Assembly (NCBI GenBank): GCA_965206745.1
Contig: OZ242220.1
Span: forward strand, 1,760,001 to 1,824,000
From: Nitrosopumilus sp.
GTDB lineage: Archaea > Thermoproteota > Nitrososphaeria > Nitrososphaerales > Nitrosopumilaceae
Direction: 5' to 3'
Length of the DNA stretch: 64,000 bases
Position numbers and translations under genes: made by a program
The notes under the pieces: generated by a model
Told to the model about the DNA's origin: nothing
Seen by the model: only the letters and a program-made list of their open reading frames with translations
Databases searched by the model: none
In this document: in pieces, positions 37,987-47,662 of the stretch
Layout: each line of letters begins with the position of its first letter
Numbering within the stretch: position 1 is the stretch's first letter

Positions 37987-39025
37987 AACAGTTCTGGTAA
38001 CAGGTTCTCAAGGGTTCATAGGTTCCTACATATGCAATGAATTGTTAAGCAAGGGATACAAAATAATTGGAATTGATAATTATTCTAAATATGGAAAAGT
38101 GAGTAGGGCTCATGATAAAAATTCCAACTTTAGATTGATTGAGGAGGATTGCTCTTCGGAGAAATTTAAAGAAAGGTTTCTAACAGGCAATGAAAGAGAT
38201 ACAGAGTTTGATTTTGTCATAGCAGGCGCAGCCATGATTGGGGGGATTTCTTATTTCCACAAGTATGCCTATGATCTATTAGCCGTTAATGAAAAAATTT
38301 TGGCAAATACATTTGATATTGCAATTAACAGATTAAAGAAAGAAAAATTAGAGAGGATTATTGTGTTGAGTTCAAGCATGGTGTATGAAAATGCCACTAT
38401 TTGGCCTACACCGGAAGGACATGAATTAATCTGTCCGCCTCCATTTTCCACATACGGATTCCAAAAATTAGCTTCTGAATATTTTACAAAAGGTGCATCA
38501 GAACAATATGAAATGCCATATACAATCATTCGTCCATTCAATTGTGTCGGAGTCGGTGAGGATAAGGCACTAAATGAGGAGGAAATTTTTTCAGGCAATG
38601 TTAAATTAATGATGTCTCACGTAGTTCCGGATTTAATTAACAAATGTTTGCTAGGTCAAGATCCATTGCACATACTAGGTTCTGGGGATCAGATTAGACA
38701 CTATACAAATGGGAAAGACATTGCACTTGGAATAAGACTCGCTTTGGAATCAGACAAGGCGATAAATGAGGATTTTAACATATCCATATCAGCCAGTACC
38801 ACCGTATTAGAGCTAGCAGAGATGATATGGGGGAAAATCAATCCCGATAAAGACTTTAGATTTATTTCAGATAAGCCCTACATACATGACGTACAAAAAA
38901 GGATGCCAGATGTTACAAAAGCTGGGAAAATTCTAGGATTTGGGGCAAAGATTGAACTATCTGAGAGTCTAGATGAAATAATTAAATGGATGAAATCAAA
39001 TATGGAATTGATAAAAAATGAGTGA
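37973..39025 (+). CDS. NAD-dependent epimerase/decarboxylase
   Basis: TGSQGFIG, SSSMVYE, YGFQK, RPFNCVG. Confidence 0.9.
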   Translation: MKQNKTVLVTGSQGFIGSYICNELLSKGYKIIGIDNYSKYGKVSRAHDKNSNFRLIEEDCSSEKFKERFLTGNERDTEFDFVIAGAAMIGGISYFHKYAYDLLAVNEKILANTFDIAINRLKKEKLERIIVLSSSMVYENATIWPTPEGHELICPPPFSTYGFQKLASEYFTKGASEQYEMPYTIIRPFNCVGVGEDKALNEEEIFSGNVKLMMSHVVPDLINKCLLGQDPLHILGSGDQIRHYTNGKDIALGIRLALESDKAINEDFNISISASTTVLELAEMIWGKINPDKDFRFISDKPYIHDVQKRMPDVTKAGKILGFGAKIELSESLDEIIKWMKSNMELIKNE

Positions 39026-39413
39026 CGTGTCAGAAACAAAAGAAAATTTTGGTGAATTCGGAGATAAGGTTGAAAATGTAATAGAATTTGTATCATCGTG
39101 CAACTCTTTTTCTGAGATAATTGACAAATTATGCATTGAAAACATCAGATTATGGCACATACTGGACGATACAATTGCATTAAAAAAGGAATTAGGGAAA
39201 CCGGGAATGGGTGAAAAAGAAAGGGTAGAAATTTTGGAAAGAATTGCTAGAAAATCATTTGAAAATGTAGAGACAGTTAAAAGAAGATCAGTTTTCAAGA
39301 AAGCAATTGATGAATTGTTTATCATTAATACAAAATCAATCATGCAAGGAAATGATTCAAACGTATGCAATGAAAACAAAAGTTATGGAAGAGATAACCC
39401 CAAGCAATCTTAA
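39018..39413 (+). CDS. DUF4254-like helical protein
   Basis: IIDKLCIENIRLWH...RRSVFKKAIDE. Confidence 0.55.
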   Translation: MSDVSETKENFGEFGDKVENVIEFVSSCNSFSEIIDKLCIENIRLWHILDDTIALKKELGKPGMGEKERVEILERIARKSFENVETVKRRSVFKKAIDELFIINTKSIMQGNDSNVCNENKSYGRDNPKQS

Positions 39414-39469
39414 TGAAGATGGGATTTTTGAATAGATAAATTAATTATTGATATTAAATTTGTCATAAT

Positions 39470-39928
39470 ATGAAATTAAATTTGGGTTGCGGAACTGATT
39501 ACAAATCAGGCTGGGTAAATGTGGATAGTGGAAATATAAAATGTGATGTAAAACATGATATAGAAAAATTTCCTTGGCCTTTTGAGGATTCAAATGTTGA
39601 TGAAATTCTTATGAAACATGTCTTTGAACACATATCAAAAGCAAATTTTTTAGATGTGATGAAAGAGATTTACAGAGTTTGTGAAAATGGGGCAATAATC
39701 AATATCGAGGCACCATATGGCGGTTCTGATAATTTTTGGACAGATCCGACACACAAATTTCCAATGACAACTAGAACGTTTGATTACTTTGATTCAACAA
39801 AACCACTTGGAATTAGTGGTCAGATATATGGATGGGATAAAGTGAAAATAAGGGTTTTGGAAGCAAAGAAGGTGAAAAATAAACCAAATGGTCCAGACGT
39901 ATTCTATAAGCTTGGAGTAACAAAATGA
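39470..39928 (+). CDS. Methyltransferase (type 11-like)
   Basis: KLNLGCG, WVNVD, HVFEH, DPTH. Confidence 0.85.
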   Translation: MKLNLGCGTDYKSGWVNVDSGNIKCDVKHDIEKFPWPFEDSNVDEILMKHVFEHISKANFLDVMKEIYRVCENGAIINIEAPYGGSDNFWTDPTHKFPMTTRTFDYFDSTKPLGISGQIYGWDKVKIRVLEAKKVKNKPNGPDVFYKLGVTK

Positions 39929-40836
39929 TGGAATTCACTTATTATACAATTATTGGAAAGGATTTGGAACTTTTCAAAGGCCATGTTGAAAATGTTAAAA
40001 AATATGCGGGCTTTGATAAATTGCCTTGCAAAAAAAATTTTAATACTATTATTTACAAAAATGATAGAATTAAAAAAGAAACAACAGATTCAATTTTAGA
40101 ATTTTGTAAAGAGCAAAACATCAAGCCAATAATCTATAATGAACTCACAGATACATTTATTGATAATCTGTATGCATGCTGGAATTTGGGATATGAAACA
40201 GCATCAGATGGTTATGTTTTTCGGGGGGGATCAGATCAAGTGTTTTCAAAAGATTCATTCTTGGCACTGTATGATGCGGCGGAGAAATTTTCAAAAGAGT
40301 ATCCAGAAAAAAATGTAATATTGCAGGCAAATACAATCGAATGTAAAAACAGGTTGAGGATGATAGGAGTTAAAAAAAGTAGGCATTTTGAAGAAGATTT
40401 TGGAGATAATTTTACAAATATGGATTATGGTTCTTTTGAAAAATTTATTGAGCAAATTAATTCATCCGTAAAAGAAAATTTGTTAACAATAGATATGGCA
40501 TTAAAATATTGGAAAAAACCAACCTCGTTATATGGTAAATTTGGGAAAACCAACAGAACTGATGGTTGTTCTTGGTTAATGACAAAACAGGATTGGTTGG
40601 ATCACGGTCCTCTTCCTGTTTTTGAAAATAACATTACTGGAGATGTAATAATTCACGACAGATTTCAGGAAAATGATTATAAAAATTATATTGTAAGGGA
40701 TTGTATAACCTATCACTTTGTACAAGGAGAAAGTTCGGATAAGCAAGCATTGTCTAAAAAATCAACTGCATCAAATAATTTCATGAAAAGAATTGCCAGA
40801 TACATTAAATCAGGTAGATTGTGGTCAACTAGATAG
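39925..40836 (+). CDS. Glycosyltransferase-like protein
   Basis: YACWNLG, GSDQ, TGD, YHF; island context. Confidence 0.55.
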   Translation: MMEFTYYTIIGKDLELFKGHVENVKKYAGFDKLPCKKNFNTIIYKNDRIKKETTDSILEFCKEQNIKPIIYNELTDTFIDNLYACWNLGYETASDGYVFRGGSDQVFSKDSFLALYDAAEKFSKEYPEKNVILQANTIECKNRLRMIGVKKSRHFEEDFGDNFTNMDYGSFEKFIEQINSSVKENLLTIDMALKYWKKPTSLYGKFGKTNRTDGCSWLMTKQDWLDHGPLPVFENNITGDVIIHDRFQENDYKNYIVRDCITYHFVQGESSDKQALSKKSTASNNFMKRIARYIKSGRLWSTR

Positions 40837-40870
40837 TGATTATACAGGTATTTTGAGTGCAATTTCTCGT

Positions 40871-42592
40871 TTATTTATCCAAAACTTTTTTTTCAAGTAT
40901 TTCTATCAGATCGTTTGTATATTTTTTCATAGAATAATCTTCAATTTTTTTTCTCCTTTCTAATAATGGCTCTCGTATCTTTTTCAATATGTCTAAAAGA
41001 CCTGATTCGTCGTTTGGTTTATACAAATATTCAATATTAAATTCAGAAACCCATCCAACATCTGAAGATATAACAGGTACGCCTTTTGCAAGAGCCTCAG
41101 GTACAGACATTGGGCCGCCTTCCCATAAAGATGGAATCAGTAGATAATCAATGGAATCATAGATTTTTGGATAATTTTCATAGTTTTCATCTGCCGTACT
41201 GCATTGGATATTTTTAGATCTGTATAGAGTAACAACTTCATCCCAGTTATTTCCACAAAAAATAAATTCAAAATTTTTCATGTAATCATGTTCTGCCATT
41301 TGAATCATGAAATTATGTCCTTTTCCTTCAAATCCTCCTCTTTGTACAATACCGAGTTTTAACTTTTTCAAGTTAAATTCTGGAAAAATTTCGATGGGTT
41401 TTAGAACAGACATTTTTTCTTTCGGATAAAATTCGGAAAATATTTCAAAATATTTTTTGTTCATATGAACTATATAATCACATGTAAGCCAATGTTTGTT
41501 TTTTAATAAGTGATCCTTACTATTACGATCCAGATGTGTAAAAAATCCTACATCCTTTGTTTTACTTTTACCGGTATAACAATTTTGAATGTCAATGTAG
41601 AAGTTTACATCAACATCATCTCGTGGTGAATGTGAAAGTGAGAATGTGGCAGTGTCAGATGCAGCAGAAACTATACGTTCTGCAATCTTTTGAAGTATCC
41701 ATCCACTGCTTACAGTAACAACATTTACCTGAAAAGTTTTTTCAATTTTTAATGAGGGATCCAAGGTGGATGAGGGAAACCAATCTTTTTCAAATTTTTT
41801 GGTTTTGAGGGTTTTTTCATCTTTTATTCTTGATAAAGAATTTCCTGTTTGTCCAAGCGATTTATAATTATCATATTTTTTGTTAATAGATGATTCGCTT
41901 GCAAATCCATAATGAATGAGTTTCATATCAGTGCGGCGATCATTGTTGAGACCTAGCGGATGTAAGCCCAAATGCAACCCTTCACGTACATTAAATCGCA
42001 AATTTCCTGTATTTTTCCATAATTTAGGCTGCCAGTTTTTCAGCCACAATTCATCAACACGATATTTTGCTGTATTCTTCCAAAGATTATGAAACAGGAA
42101 TGAAAATGAGTCAATATTGTGATGGTTGCCATAATTACATAATTTACGAACTCCTCCATCCTCACCATCTCTATCAAAAATCTCATCAGGATCTAAAGAC
42201 ACAATCCAATCAGGTTTTAATTTTAACGTTAAATCAAGTAATTTTTGTTTGTGCTCAAGTTCCTTTGTAAATTCATCAGGTAGTATAATTATATTATCGG
42301 TGAATTTTTTAGCAATCTCTACACTATTATCTGTGGAACTGTCATCACAAAATGCAATATCGTCACAAAATGATGATAAATGTTTAAGACATCTTTCTAA
42401 ATTACCATTTTGTCCCTCATTGAAGCATTTAACAAAACCAACTAATTTCAACGATTTGTTATCAGTAACAGGCGGAAGAGTAGAATGTTTAATTGCACGC
42501 AAGTTTTTGTAAACACCCAAACCTTTTTTTGCAAGTTTTTTAATCCTCAATATTAAATTATATCTAAATGAGCTATTTATCTTATTGATCAA
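40871..42592 (-). CDS. Bifunctional GT2 plus GT4 glycosyltransferase
   Basis: DDSSTD and LDPDE (GT-A); PSLWEGGPMSVPEALAKGVPVISSDVG (GT-B). Confidence 0.85.
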   Translation of the reverse strand: MINKINSSFRYNLILRIKKLAKKGLGVYKNLRAIKHSTLPPVTDNKSLKLVGFVKCFNEGQNGNLERCLKHLSSFCDDIAFCDDSSTDNSVEIAKKFTDNIIILPDEFTKELEHKQKLLDLTLKLKPDWIVSLDPDEIFDRDGEDGGVRKLCNYGNHHNIDSFSFLFHNLWKNTAKYRVDELWLKNWQPKLWKNTGNLRFNVREGLHLGLHPLGLNNDRRTDMKLIHYGFASESSINKKYDNYKSLGQTGNSLSRIKDEKTLKTKKFEKDWFPSSTLDPSLKIEKTFQVNVVTVSSGWILQKIAERIVSAASDTATFSLSHSPRDDVDVNFYIDIQNCYTGKSKTKDVGFFTHLDRNSKDHLLKNKHWLTCDYIVHMNKKYFEIFSEFYPKEKMSVLKPIEIFPEFNLKKLKLGIVQRGGFEGKGHNFMIQMAEHDYMKNFEFIFCGNNWDEVVTLYRSKNIQCSTADENYENYPKIYDSIDYLLIPSLWEGGPMSVPEALAKGVPVISSDVGWVSEFNIEYLYKPNDESGLLDILKKIREPLLERRKKIEDYSMKKYTNDLIEILEKKVLDK

Positions 42593-42624
42593 AACATATA
42601 TGCAAATAACAAGTTGTTTAGTTA

Positions 42625-43818
42625 TTGAAAGCCAAATGCATGATTGTTCTGGGCATAAGGCCAGACATAATTAATTATCAGCCTCTAGTAAATGAATTCA
42701 AGCGTAAGAAAATAAATTTTTCAATTGTTCATACAGGACAACATTATTCATATTTTTTTGACGGATTATTTTTTAAGCAACTAAATTTTCCAAAGCCGGA
42801 TTATCATTTAAAAATTGGTTCAGGTACTCAGTCTCATCAGCTTGGCCAACTGGCTCAAAAATTTGAAAAAGTTCTATTAAAAGAGAAACCAGACCTGGTG
42901 TTCTCATTTTCAGATGCAAATCCCGCATTATCAGGAATTCTAGCCTCAAAAATGGGAATCAAGGTTGCCCATTTGGAGGCAGGAATGAGAAGTTTTGATT
43001 GGAGGATGCAAGAGGAAAAGAACAGGAGACTATTAGACAGTATTTCAGATTATCTTTTTACTCCAACATCATCTACAAAACAGAATCTGATTAACGAAGG
43101 AATCTCAAATCATAGGATTTTCCAAGTAGGCAAGCCAATCTTCGAGGTATTGGAAAATTTTAAGGATCAAATAGACAGGAGCGACATATTAGACAAATTA
43201 AAAATATCTAAAGGAAATTATTTCCTTGTAACATCACATAGGCCAGAAAATGTGGGAGTAAGACGGCCATTAAAAAATATTTTGAATGCACTAGGCAAGA
43301 TTCATAAAAAATATGAAAAGGAGGTTATTTTCCCAATGCACCCAAGAACTAGGGCATCAATTAAGAAATTTGATCTTAAAATTCCAAAAGGTATTAGAAT
43401 ATCAGATCCGGTAGGATTTTTGGAGTTTTCAAAGCTTGAAAAAAATGCATTTTGTTGTGTAACAGATTCTGGAACGGTTCAGGAGGATGCCTGTATTTTT
43501 AGAGTTCCCTGTGTTACTATGAGAGTAAGTACTGAACGCTCAGAAACAATAGAAGTGGGTTCAAGTATTGCAGCAGGTGTTAATTCAGATCATATTGTAG
43601 ATGCCGTAGATAAAATGGTAAACCGAAAGACAAACTGGAGGAATCCATACGGGAAACCTGACTTTTCTAAAAAAATGATCAAGATCTTGGATAAATTAGA
43701 TAAGGAAATATGCTCACCAAAAGTTTGGTGGGATCATCCAAAAGTTAGCTCCAGTAAGTCAATCAGTCAATATAAAACAAAATGGAAAAATCAGTCAATA
43801 CCTGATGAAATTTTTTAG
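42625..43818 (+). CDS. wecB: UDP-N-acetylglucosamine 2-epimerase (non-hydrolysing)
   Basis: GIRPD, HTGQHY, HLEAGMRS, HRPENV, TDSGTVQED. Confidence 0.92.
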   Translation: MKAKCMIVLGIRPDIINYQPLVNEFKRKKINFSIVHTGQHYSYFFDGLFFKQLNFPKPDYHLKIGSGTQSHQLGQLAQKFEKVLLKEKPDLVFSFSDANPALSGILASKMGIKVAHLEAGMRSFDWRMQEEKNRRLLDSISDYLFTPTSSTKQNLINEGISNHRIFQVGKPIFEVLENFKDQIDRSDILDKLKISKGNYFLVTSHRPENVGVRRPLKNILNALGKIHKKYEKEVIFPMHPRTRASIKKFDLKIPKGIRISDPVGFLEFSKLEKNAFCCVTDSGTVQEDACIFRVPCVTMRVSTERSETIEVGSSIAAGVNSDHIVDAVDKMVNRKTNWRNPYGKPDFSKKMIKILDKLDKEICSPKVWWDHPKVSSSKSISQYKTKWKNQSIPDEIF

Positions 43819-43831
43819 GTAAAGTTAATTA

Positions 43832-44302
43832 TTGAACAGTTTTGGACATATATCGATGATACAGGGATTGGCATGTAATAGGGTAGAATCATTTGTAGAC
43901 GATAGGGGATTCCTCTCGCAGATTTTACCAGAAGGTGATGAGTCATTTGATATTAAAAGAATCTATTCCACTGGAAACTTCTCTAAAGGGACAATTAGGG
44001 GATTTCATAAACATTCAAAAGAGAAAAAAGCTTTCTTTGCAACTTCAGGCGTAGCCAAATTTGTTGCAGTGGATGATAGAAAAGACAGCCCAACTTACAA
44101 GCAAATCAATACTTTCATTTTGTCACAGTTTAATCCTTCAGTACTAATAGTCCCAACCGGGATTTACACGGGATGGATGTCATTGGAAGATAAAACAGTG
44201 ATCATAGGCATATCTAATAAAATATTTGATAAAAATAATCCCGATGATGAGCGATTGGAACCATTTTCATACGGAGATGTATGGAAGGTTAAAGACAGAT
44301 GA
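43832..44302 (+). CDS. RmlC-like NDP-sugar 3,5-epimerase (cupin)
   Basis: DDRG, IRGFHKH, VDDRKDSPTY. Confidence 0.85.
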   Translation: MNSFGHISMIQGLACNRVESFVDDRGFLSQILPEGDESFDIKRIYSTGNFSKGTIRGFHKHSKEKKAFFATSGVAKFVAVDDRKDSPTYKQINTFILSQFNPSVLIVPTGIYTGWMSLEDKTVIIGISNKIFDKNNPDDERLEPFSYGDVWKVKDR

Positions 44303-45291
44303 AAATTTTACTTACGGGCGGTTCAGGATATCTAGGATCCATTCTAACTAGAAAATTATTGGCAAATGGCCACAGTGTTAGAATATTAGATAATTTTCTC
44401 TTTGGAAAAGAATCACTCAAAGACATTCAGAAAAATAAGAAATTGGAACTGGTGACAGGGGACATTAGAGACTTGTCAATAGTGGGGAAATCATTAAAAA
44501 ATATTGATTCGGTAATCCATCTAGCATCAATAGTGGGAACACAGTCTGCAGAGTTGGATCCAAAAGCATCAATAGAGGTTAATTTCATGGCAACAAGAAA
44601 TATTGCAGAATTATGTAAAATATACAAAATTAAACAGTTCATTTTTGCAAGTACCTGTTCAGTTTATGGTGCCCAACCGGATCAGTTGATTGCAGAAAAT
44701 TCTGAAGTCAATCCGTTAGATTCGTACGGACTATCAAAATTCCAATCCGAGCGTGCAGTTTTACAGGCTTATGACTATCCTACAATATTGAGATTGGGAA
44801 CATTATTTGGCGCATCCCACAGAATGCGATTTGATCTTGCAATTAATTTATTCATCGCACAGGCAATGAATAAAGAAAAGCTAACAGTGTTCGGAGGCGA
44901 CCAATGGAGGCCATTTTTACACGTAGATGATGCTGCAGAAGCATTTAGTTTTGCAGTTGAAAATAAAATGGAGGGAATATACAATGTGGTTTGGAAAAAT
45001 CTTACCATAAACCAGATGGCAAAAGATATTAAAAAATTGATCCCGTCTCAGATCAATTTATCAAAAGACATTGTAGATAAGAGGAACTATAGAGTAACGG
45101 GCAAAAAATTAGAGCATTTCAGTTACAAGGCAAGAAAAGATATTGCTTTTGCAGTCAAAGAGTTCAAATCCAAAATATCAGATGATGTAAAAAATTACAG
45201 GCAGGACAAATATAGTAATTACAAATCATTCTTCAATTCAAAAGCAATCCAACGAAAAGTTTACACGCAGGGACCAATCTTCAAGAAATAG
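44299..45291 (+). CDS. NAD-dependent epimerase/dehydratase
   Basis: TGGSGYLG, ASTCSVYG, YGLSK, RMRFDL, WRPFLHV. Confidence 0.9.
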   Translation: MKILLTGGSGYLGSILTRKLLANGHSVRILDNFLFGKESLKDIQKNKKLELVTGDIRDLSIVGKSLKNIDSVIHLASIVGTQSAELDPKASIEVNFMATRNIAELCKIYKIKQFIFASTCSVYGAQPDQLIAENSEVNPLDSYGLSKFQSERAVLQAYDYPTILRLGTLFGASHRMRFDLAINLFIAQAMNKEKLTVFGGDQWRPFLHVDDAAEAFSFAVENKMEGIYNVVWKNLTINQMAKDIKKLIPSQINLSKDIVDKRNYRVTGKKLEHFSYKARKDIAFAVKEFKSKISDDVKNYRQDKYSNYKSFFNSKAIQRKVYTQGPIFKK

Positions 45292-45294
45292 GAA

Positions 45295-46020
45295 ATGACT
45301 GTTTTCATAACTGGTGCAGCAGGGGCTTTAGGTTCAGAACTGAGAAAAAGATATCCTGATGCCTTGACACCAACGCATAAAGAACTAGATATTGGAAACG
45401 GAGAACAGGTCTCAGATTTTTTTAAAAAACATTCAGATATCGATGTCATAATTCATGCAGGAGCTTTGACTGGAATAAGGCCTTGTGAAGAAAATCAGCA
45501 ATTAGCATGGAATACAAATGTTGAAGGAACTAGAAATTTAATTGATGCAGTGTCAGAATCGAAACAAAAGATTCAATTCATCTATGTAAGTACTGCATGT
45601 GTTTTTGACGGACATCATGAAATGTATAAGGAAAGTTCTATCCCGTATCCTGAAAATTACTATGCTTTAACAAAATTGGTAGGTGAAAGTGAGGTACGAA
45701 AATTACCGGAATTTCTGATTGTAAGGACAAATTTTGTAGCCAAAGAAAAATGGCCATATCCAAAAGCATTCACAGATAGATATGGAACATATCTATTTGC
45801 AGATGGAGTCGCAGAAGGGATTGAAGACGTACAAAAAGAAAAAATCTCAGGCATTGTGCATGTTGTTGGAGATAAAAAAATCTCAGTGTATGAATTGGCA
45901 AAAATGACAACCCCGGATGTTCAACCAATGACTATAGATGACTACTCTGGTCCGCCATTGACTATGGATATGAGTTTGGATACAGAAAGATGGAAAAAAT
46001 ATAAAATTAGTGAACCTTAG
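45295..46020 (+). CDS. RmlD-like NDP-4-keto-sugar reductase
   Basis: TGAAGALG, STACVFDG, YALTK. Confidence 0.85.
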   Translation: MTVFITGAAGALGSELRKRYPDALTPTHKELDIGNGEQVSDFFKKHSDIDVIIHAGALTGIRPCEENQQLAWNTNVEGTRNLIDAVSESKQKIQFIYVSTACVFDGHHEMYKESSIPYPENYYALTKLVGESEVRKLPEFLIVRTNFVAKEKWPYPKAFTDRYGTYLFADGVAEGIEDVQKEKISGIVHVVGDKKISVYELAKMTTPDVQPMTIDDYSGPPLTMDMSLDTERWKKYKISEP

Positions 46021-47096
46021 TTATTTGACAAATTCTCCAAAACATACAAGAACGATTTTTTGAAGGTCTTTTGATCAAATTTTTGTATAGATTTCTGCAA
46101 AGAGTCTTTGAAATGATCCAATTCTCCTGACAATGCTCGCTTAATTTTTTCTTGTGCATCATGAATGTTATTAGATTCATATCGCAGTTCTTCAAATGGA
46201 ACAGTTTCTTTATGTGCAGAATTATCTGGAACAATCGGTATGCATCCTGCAGCAATACTTTCAACAACAGAAATACCAAAAGTCTCCTTAGAACAATGAA
46301 GATAAACCTTGGAATGACTCATTTTTTTAACAAGATGATTTCTTTCTATGTTTTTTAATAAATGAATTTTTTCATAATTTTTATTTTTGACTATATTATC
46401 CAATTTTTTATAATAAATCATATTAGATTTTGTATTAGTATTTCCAACAATATCATAATTGCAATCTATATCCTTCATTACGCTGATTCCAAAATCGTGA
46501 TTTTTTTCTTGAGAATAACGTCCGATTGTTATCACAGAATTTTCTTTTATGCCAGCCTTAAATTCATCTAAATTAACAGGAGGATAAATCACCTTGGAAT
46601 CTTTGTTGTGATTTTCTTCAATGCAATTTTGTATGTATTTGGAATTACTAATTAGACATATTCTAGAATCAGTGACACTTTGAATGAATTTTTTCGTCAT
46701 TGAATAATATGATTTGTAATACAAACTCCATAATCCTTTGTATTTTGTATCAGAATTATCAAGTTCTCCTGAAAAATCTGCATGACAGTAAACTAGGATT
46801 TTTTGACTAGGATTTTTTGGAATTCCTAGACCTCCCGATGATTGTATTAACAGATCTTCATTCTTTGCTTTGGAGATTAGTTTTGGTTCCATAGCACGTT
46901 GAAACAGTCCAAATAAAGGGAGCGATATAGGAATCATTGTTTTTATCTTGATTTTTTTAAATTTAATTTTTGGTTTTGAAAATGTGTAGAGAGTTACATG
47001 GTGATCTGTTTGTTCTAATGCTTCAAGGATTCCGTATAGTGTTTTTTCTGTTCCACCTCCCCCACCTACAAAGCCATGAATAATTCCTATTTTCAC
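46017..47096 (-). CDS. Glycosyltransferase family 4 (Alg11-like)
   Basis: GGGGTEK, YPPV, EKNH, ETFGISVVESIAAG. Confidence 0.88.
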   Translation of the reverse strand: MKIGIIHGFVGGGGGTEKTLYGILEALEQTDHHVTLYTFSKPKIKFKKIKIKTMIPISLPLFGLFQRAMEPKLISKAKNEDLLIQSSGGLGIPKNPSQKILVYCHADFSGELDNSDTKYKGLWSLYYKSYYSMTKKFIQSVTDSRICLISNSKYIQNCIEENHNKDSKVIYPPVNLDEFKAGIKENSVITIGRYSQEKNHDFGISVMKDIDCNYDIVGNTNTKSNMIYYKKLDNIVKNKNYEKIHLLKNIERNHLVKKMSHSKVYLHCSKETFGISVVESIAAGCIPIVPDNSAHKETVPFEELRYESNNIHDAQEKIKRALSGELDHFKDSLQKSIQKFDQKTFKKSFLYVLENLSNN

Positions 47097-47662
47097 AATA
47101 AAATACAGGAAAAAGCTTTTAATATATTACCATGATTTATTATCTTCAAACTAGGTTTTTGTGCAGAAAATTTTTAAAAACTAGAACAAAATATCTATTG
47201 TCTTTGATTAATTTATCTGACAAGTTTTGATTGCTTTATCTAGTTGATTGTAAATGTCTTCATATTGATGAAGTTGTTCCTTGCTAATCTTGCATCAGGG
47301 TGATTATCATAAAAATCCACACCCAACACATATTTTAAAAACATACTCAGTTTTTCAACTGTCCCTGCAATCAATTCAGGTGGGACATGCATTAAAGTTT
47401 CAACTCCTAGCACCAGATAGTATTTTTCTGTATCAGCATAGTCTTGAATTGATGAGATTTGAAAATCTGTGTCACAAGTTTCACAAAATTTCTTTGCATT
47501 ATTAATTTGAACTAATGATAAATCAGATGCTTTGTATTGTTTTTATAGCCTATTAGGCGGGCTTTCTCTCTCTGGGTATTCATCATCTCGAGTAAATTTG
47601 TCTACGCTTAGTTCCAATAATCTACTGATCTGTATTTTGAGAAATATTTGAATATTTTAAAA

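Noticed and set aside
47523-47586. Possible C/D box sRNA (ATGATGA...CTGA on the minus strand)
   Set aside because: No convincing internal C'/D' boxes or terminal stem; the region also reads as a short ORF remnant.
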